Shown here piece by piece: positions 59,753 to 64,000 of a stretch of DNA of 64,000 bases (the stretch's first letter is position 1; each line of letters starts with the position of its first letter). Source of the stretch: Flexilinea sp. (GTDB lineage Bacteria > Chloroflexota > Anaerolineae > Anaerolineales > Anaerolineaceae); the NCBI GenBank assembly GCA_026645735.1, contig JAPKMT010000009.1, forward strand, positions 2,662 through 66,661, given 5' to 3'. The translations under genes and the position numbers were made by a program. The notes beneath the pieces are model-generated. The model worked only from the letters and a program-made list of their open reading frames with translations. It did no database searches and was not told the origin of the DNA.

Positions 59753-60601
59753 ATGAAGACAATCATCGTAACGGGTGCGACTTCAGGTATCGGATTTGCC
59801 GTCTGCAAATCCCTCCTTCAGGCGCAATATCGTGTCATCGGAATTGGCCATACATTCGATCATTGTGAAAAAGCAAAAACTTTACTGAGAACTGAAATAC
59901 CCGATCAGGAAGTTGAATTCTTTTACGGAGATTTAATGCAGCAGCGTGAAGTTCATCGAATTGCAGATCAGTTGTCAGAACACATCGAAAAGACCTCGGA
60001 TTCCTGCCTTTTTGGCCTGATTCATAACGTTGGCTGTGTTCGCAGCTGGTACAGCACTACGGAAGACGGGTATGAGCAACAGTTTGCATTAAATCACCTG
60101 GCAGGATTTTTATTAACCCATCGATTGCTAAAGTACCTGAAAAACGAATCCGGCAGAATCCTTTTAACCAGCAGTCAATCGCACCAGTGGATGAAAATCC
60201 ATTGGAGTGACATCATGTTTCAAAAAGGATATCATCCGCTGCTGGCATACAAACAATCAAAACTATGCAATCTGCTTTTCGCTTATGCGTTGAATACGCG
60301 GTATCCCTCGAGAGAAATCCAGGCATTTTGTATCGATCCTGGACTCTTTCGAACGGATATCGGCAATAAGAAGACAGGGAAACTGGTCAGTTTTGTGTGG
60401 AATCTGAGAAAAGCCGGTGGCGTTCTTCCCGAAATTCCTGCTGAAACGTATCGATTTTTGTGCGATCAGAAAAAAAATCCGGATGGATTGTATTACAAAA
60501 ATTGCCGAAAAATGCCTTTCAGCAGGCAAGTTAATCGACAAAATGCGGAGCAGCTCTTTGCCTTAAGTGAACAATTCTGCAATATTCAATTTGGAGTCTG
60601 A
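59753..60601 (+). CDS. SDR family oxidoreductase
   Basis: TGATSGIG, YKQSK catalytic YxxxK, DPG. Confidence 0.9.
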   Translation: MKTIIVTGATSGIGFAVCKSLLQAQYRVIGIGHTFDHCEKAKTLLRTEIPDQEVEFFYGDLMQQREVHRIADQLSEHIEKTSDSCLFGLIHNVGCVRSWYSTTEDGYEQQFALNHLAGFLLTHRLLKYLKNESGRILLTSSQSHQWMKIHWSDIMFQKGYHPLLAYKQSKLCNLLFAYALNTRYPSREIQAFCIDPGLFRTDIGNKKTGKLVSFVWNLRKAGGVLPEIPAETYRFLCDQKKNPDGLYYKNCRKMPFSRQVNRQNAEQLFALSEQFCNIQFGV

Positions 60602-60603
60602 AG

Positions 60604-61413
60604 ATGAAAGTATTCATTACCGGCGCAACCGGCGGGCTGGGACGCGCATTTTCCATCGAGTGTGCGAAACGCGGATTTGATCTGTTTCTGACGGATTTGA
60701 ATCAATACAAGCTGAACACACTCAAAAAAGGCCTACAGTCACAGTTCCCGCTAGTTGAAATAGAGGTCTGTGCAAGTGATCTGACCAATGAAGAAGATGT
60801 GAAAAGGTTACTGAAATTTGCAGACACGAAACAAATGAAGTTTGACATGCTGCTGAATGTAGCCGGTGTAGATTTCGAAGGCGCATTTCTGGACTGGGAT
60901 TCTTCTCACATCTTGAAAATCGTTCAATTGAACATTGAGGCGACACTGCGAATAACGCACGAAATTCTGAATCGAAGGAAGGATCAAGAAAAATTCTACC
61001 TGGTGTTCGTGGCAAGTTTGGCTTCGCTGTATCCGATGCCGCTGAAAGCCACTTATGCGGCATCAAAACGATTTTTGTATGATTTTTCAATTGCTCTGGG
61101 AGAAGAGCTGAAAACAAAGCAAGTCTCTGTTCTTTCTCTTTGTCCCGGAGGATTGCCCACCACAGAAGAAGCGATTCGCGGCATTCAGGTTCAAGGATTT
61201 TGGGGAGAAATGACAACCAACCGGCTGGAAAGTGTGGCAGCCATGACAATTTCCAAAGTCCTTCAAGGAAAGAAGATTTATATTCCGGGTGCAACTAATA
61301 AAATATTCAGTGTGTTGGGCAAATTTATTCCAAATACACTCATCGCAAAACTGCTGTATAACAGATGGAGCAGGGCACAGAGCCATTGGTTGAGCATAAA
61401 GCCGCAATTTTAA
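60604..61413 (+). CDS. SDR family oxidoreductase
   Basis: TGATGGLG, LLNVAG, YAASK; last codons lie inside a MITE. Confidence 0.9.
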   Translation: MKVFITGATGGLGRAFSIECAKRGFDLFLTDLNQYKLNTLKKGLQSQFPLVEIEVCASDLTNEEDVKRLLKFADTKQMKFDMLLNVAGVDFEGAFLDWDSSHILKIVQLNIEATLRITHEILNRRKDQEKFYLVFVASLASLYPMPLKATYAASKRFLYDFSIALGEELKTKQVSVLSLCPGGLPTTEEAIRGIQVQGFWGEMTTNRLESVAAMTISKVLQGKKIYIPGATNKIFSVLGKFIPNTLIAKLLYNRWSRAQSHWLSIKPQF

Positions 61414-61524
61414 ATATGGAAAAGAATAATTGTTATTGTGATGTAGTTGCGCGAAGCGCAACTACATCACAATAACAAAATCTCGTTTTTTTCTCAAAAG
61501 GCTATTCCAAATTTCGAATTACTG
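61402..61524 (-). mobile_element. 123-bp MITE copy inserted in SDR 3' end
   Basis: Perfect 23-bp arms with GAA loop; TSD AGCATAAAG/AGCGTAAAG (8/9). Confidence 0.92.
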
Positions 61525-61577
61525 AGCGTAAAGCCGGAGGATACCAGCGTTTATATCGTATCCCAATAAGGAATCCT

Positions 61578-61949
61578 TTACTTCGTCGGAAGAATTTCAA
61601 TCCAGTAACCATCCGGATCAACGATAAAATAGATTCCCATTTTTTCATTTTCAAAACAGACACAGCCCATTTCTTTGTGTTTTTTTAACGATTCATCAAA
61701 ATCATCAACCCGAAAAGCAAGGTGAAATTCATTATCACCCAGGTTATACTTCGGTTTACCCCAGTCACGCAACCATGTCAATTCAAGCTGCTGTTCTGTT
61801 ATTCCGTCCTCTAAAAAGCAAAGCACAAAACTCCCGTCGTCGGCTTCCTTTTTTCTGGCGACCTTCAATCCAAGTGCTTCGTTATAAAACTTCAGGGATT
61901 TTTCCAAATCAATCACATTGAAATTGTTATGCACAAACCGGTATTTCAT
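61578..61949 (-). CDS. gloA: VOC family protein / lactoylglutathione lyase-like
   Basis: HNNFNV.DLEKSL.FY, LELTW, YNLG..EFHLAF, DPDGYWIEI. Confidence 0.82.
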   Translation of the reverse strand: MKYRFVHNNFNVIDLEKSLKFYNEALGLKVARKKEADDGSFVLCFLEDGITEQQLELTWLRDWGKPKYNLGDNEFHLAFRVDDFDESLKKHKEMGCVCFENEKMGIYFIVDPDGYWIEILPTK

Positions 61950-62348
61950 TTTTCATCTCCATTTTTTTTATAGTGTCAAAATTATTCAGATGATTTCCAT
62001 CGCTTTAATAAAATTCAACTTATACAATAGAGTTATTTTAGTCCATTATAGATTAAATCGCTTTCATAGGAAGAGTAATATTCTGCCAGGTCGTCATTAA
62101 AGCTAACTTTTTATATTATGTTTATTGTAATAAATGGCAGAAACTCAATCAAAAAAAAAGAATCGATAATTGATTGACATAGTCGATATTTGTATCAATT
62201 GATGAGAACATCGATAAAATTTTGCTGATGGACTATTATTAAGATAACTGCAAATATTAGGTCAGGGAAAAAGGTTATACATTCCGGGATTTACCAATAA
62301 AGTGTTCAGTATCCCAGGGAAGATCGTATCATGCATAATAATCGCCAA

Positions 62349-62408
62349 CAGCAATTCGAAATGTGGATATGCTTTTTGAATAGAGAAAGAAGATAATTCG
62401 AAAAGCTG
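62349..62408 (+). mobile_element. Hairpin-less 60-bp MITE derivative
   Basis: CAGCAATTCGAAAT ... AATTCGAAAAGCTG with perfect TSD AATCGCCAA. Confidence 0.88.
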
Positions 62409-62714
62409 AATCGCCAATGTGATTTTTTAAGGGCGGAATAAAGTTCGGAACATGCATTCTATTGAATCAGGGTAACGGATGAAGAGGATGGCAAAGCATC
62501 CAATCGAAATTTTGAACCACTTTCCCAACAAAAAAAGAAAAAACTCTCCTAAAAAATCGGATCAAAAAAAGTTCCGCGATTGGTTATAATTTTGGAGCAA
62601 AATTTCTGCATATTTTTCATAAAAATTCTTTTTTTTCCATTGAAAATAATCCCGTTGTGGTAATATTGCTTTGTTAAGGTTATGCCTTAGGCAAAAATCA
62701 CATCGGGGGAATTC

Positions 62715-64000
62715 ATGGGAACCAAATTTATCTTTATCACCGGAGGCGTTGTCAGTTCTGTCGGAAAAGGTGTCACAGCTGCATCTTTAGGCCGTTTACT
62801 GAAACAACATGGTTTTAATGTGGCAATTCAAAAATTGGATCCCTACATTAATGTGTATCCGGGATTACTAAGTCCCTTACAGCATGGTGAAGTTTTTGTT
62901 CTCGATGACGGCGGTGAAACCGATCTCGATCTGGGTCATTATGAACGATTCATTGACATCCGACTGACGAAAGCCAGTTCTGTCACAACAGGAAAAATTT
63001 ACAAAGCCATTCTTGAAAGCGAACGTAGCGGAGGCTTTAATGGCGGCACGATCCAGGTAATTCCAAACATCACCAATGAGATTTGTACACGGATAAAAGC
63101 AGTGGCCGAACAAACAGGAGCCGATTTTGTCATTGTGGAAGTTGGTGGAACGATCGGTGATATTGAAGGAGAACCGTTTATTGAAGCGATCCGACAAATT
63201 CGGAGTTCACTGCCCAATGAAGATACATTAAACATCCATGTCACCTGGCTGCCGTATATTCGTGCAACCGATGAGTTGAAGACAAAACCCACCCAGCATT
63301 CGGTCAGAACGTTACGCTCCATGGGAGTCGCTCCCGATGCAATCATCACCCGGTCGGATTATCCTGTTTCAGATCATTTGTGCCAAAAAATCGCTGATTT
63401 TTGCGATGTTGATGTTCATGCCGTCATCCCGATGGTCACTTGCAAACAACTGTATGAAATCCCGCTGAAATTAGAAAACTCGAAGATCGGTGCATATATT
63501 GAAAAAAGAATGAAGATTCAATCCCCTATTGCTGTGCCGGACTGGTCAGAATGGGAATGGATCTTGAAAGAATCAACCCGCAAGAATAAACCGATTGTCA
63601 AAATTGGTCTGGTAGGTAAATATATTGATTTACACGATGCCTATCTGAGCGTGCGGGAAGCAGTTCATCATGCAGCGCTGCATGAAGGTGTCAAACTTGA
63701 ACTCCACTGGATTCCATCGCAAGGATTGGAAAACGGTGAATACTGGGATGAAATCCAATCGATGGACGGACTTCTGGTTCCAAGCGGACTTGAAGCAAGC
63801 GGTACTGAAGGGATGATCCAGGCCGCAAAATTTGCGAGAGAAAACAACATTCCTTTCTTCGGAATTTGCATGGGTATGATGGCAATGGCAATAGAATATG
63901 CCCGGAACGTATTGCAGCTTCAGGATGCGAATTCTATTGAATTTAATGCAGACACGCCGCATCCGATATTTTATCTGCCGGAACAGCACACTGATCCCGA
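62715..64000 (+). CDS. pyrG: CTP synthase, divergent (3' end outside window)
   Basis: Hand translation from ATG 62715: FITGGVVSSVGKG, KLDPYIN, QHGEVFV, ETDLDLGHYERF, EVGGTIGDIE, KTKPTQHSV, VGKY, GICMG; no stop before window end. Confidence 0.93.
   Translation, partial: MGTKFIFITGGVVSSVGKGVTAASLGRLLKQHGFNVAIQKLDPYINVYPGLLSPLQHGEVFVLDDGGETDLDLGHYERFIDIRLTKASSVTTGKIYKAILESERSGGFNGGTIQVIPNITNEICTRIKAVAEQTGADFVIVEVGGTIGDIEGEPFIEAIRQIRSSLPNEDTLNIHVTWLPYIRATDELKTKPTQHSVRTLRSMGVAPDAIITRSDYPVSDHLCQKIADFCDVDVHAVIPMVTCKQLYEIPLKLENSKIGAYIEKRMKIQSPIAVPDWSEWEWILKESTRKNKPIVKIGLVGKYIDLHDAYLSVREAVHHAALHEGVKLELHWIPSQGLENGEYWDEIQSMDGLLVPSGLEASGTEGMIQAAKFARENNIPFFGICMGMMAMAIEYARNVLQLQDANSIEFNADTPHPIFYLPEQHTDP

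Noticed and set aside
24301-61478. Repeated palindromes as a CRISPR array
   Set aside because: Copies are 7-12 kb apart, flanked by TIRs and TSDs, with no repeat-spacer periodicity and no cas genes.
62877-63989. Minus-strand ORFs at the window end
   Set aside because: Antisense shadows of pyrG, which the track misses because it has no stop in the window.
1-64000. tRNA/rRNA genes and transposases
   Set aside because: None recognised by eye; a tRNAscan/Rfam/ISEScan run would be needed to exclude them formally.

Overview
This is a 64-kb, AT-rich bacterial chromosomal window. The gene content (GVHH-type IleRS with a T-box, archaeal-type HMG-CoA synthase/thiolase/DUF35 next to a class II HMG-CoA reductase) points to an anaerobic Chloroflexota of the Anaerolineae type; that assignment is inference. 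Layout: (i) 1-4.4 kb accessory patch with YoeB, an AbiEii-type TA pair, GNAT, flavodoxin, TIGR04076 and HXXEE genes plus a decayed attC-like site; (ii) an upper mevalonate operon whose thiolase lacks its catalytic motifs; (iii) two sugar ABC/oxidoreductase clusters around pfkA-dnaE; (iv) an IclR-controlled locus joining a LIV-type ABC transporter, an aminotransferase, two KdgK-like kinases and two KDPG/KHG aldolases; (v) T-box-ileS; (vi) a divergent catabolic locus (two DUF917, NicX/M29-like protein, peptide ABC, double-domain hydantoin racemase, nitroreductase, DUF6092); (vii) PadR-DUF1700-SDR-SDR, gloA-like and a strongly divergent, window-truncated CTP synthase. The strongest non-coding signal is a dispersed ~123-bp MITE-like element with ~17-bp terminal inverted repeats, 9-bp target-site duplications and a central 20-23-bp hairpin. 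Its arms differ between copies yet stay almost perfectly self-complementary within each intact copy. About 8 full-length and 5 internally deleted copies are visible. No rRNA, tRNA, CRISPR array or transposase was seen. All assignments come from motif recognition by eye; no searches were run.
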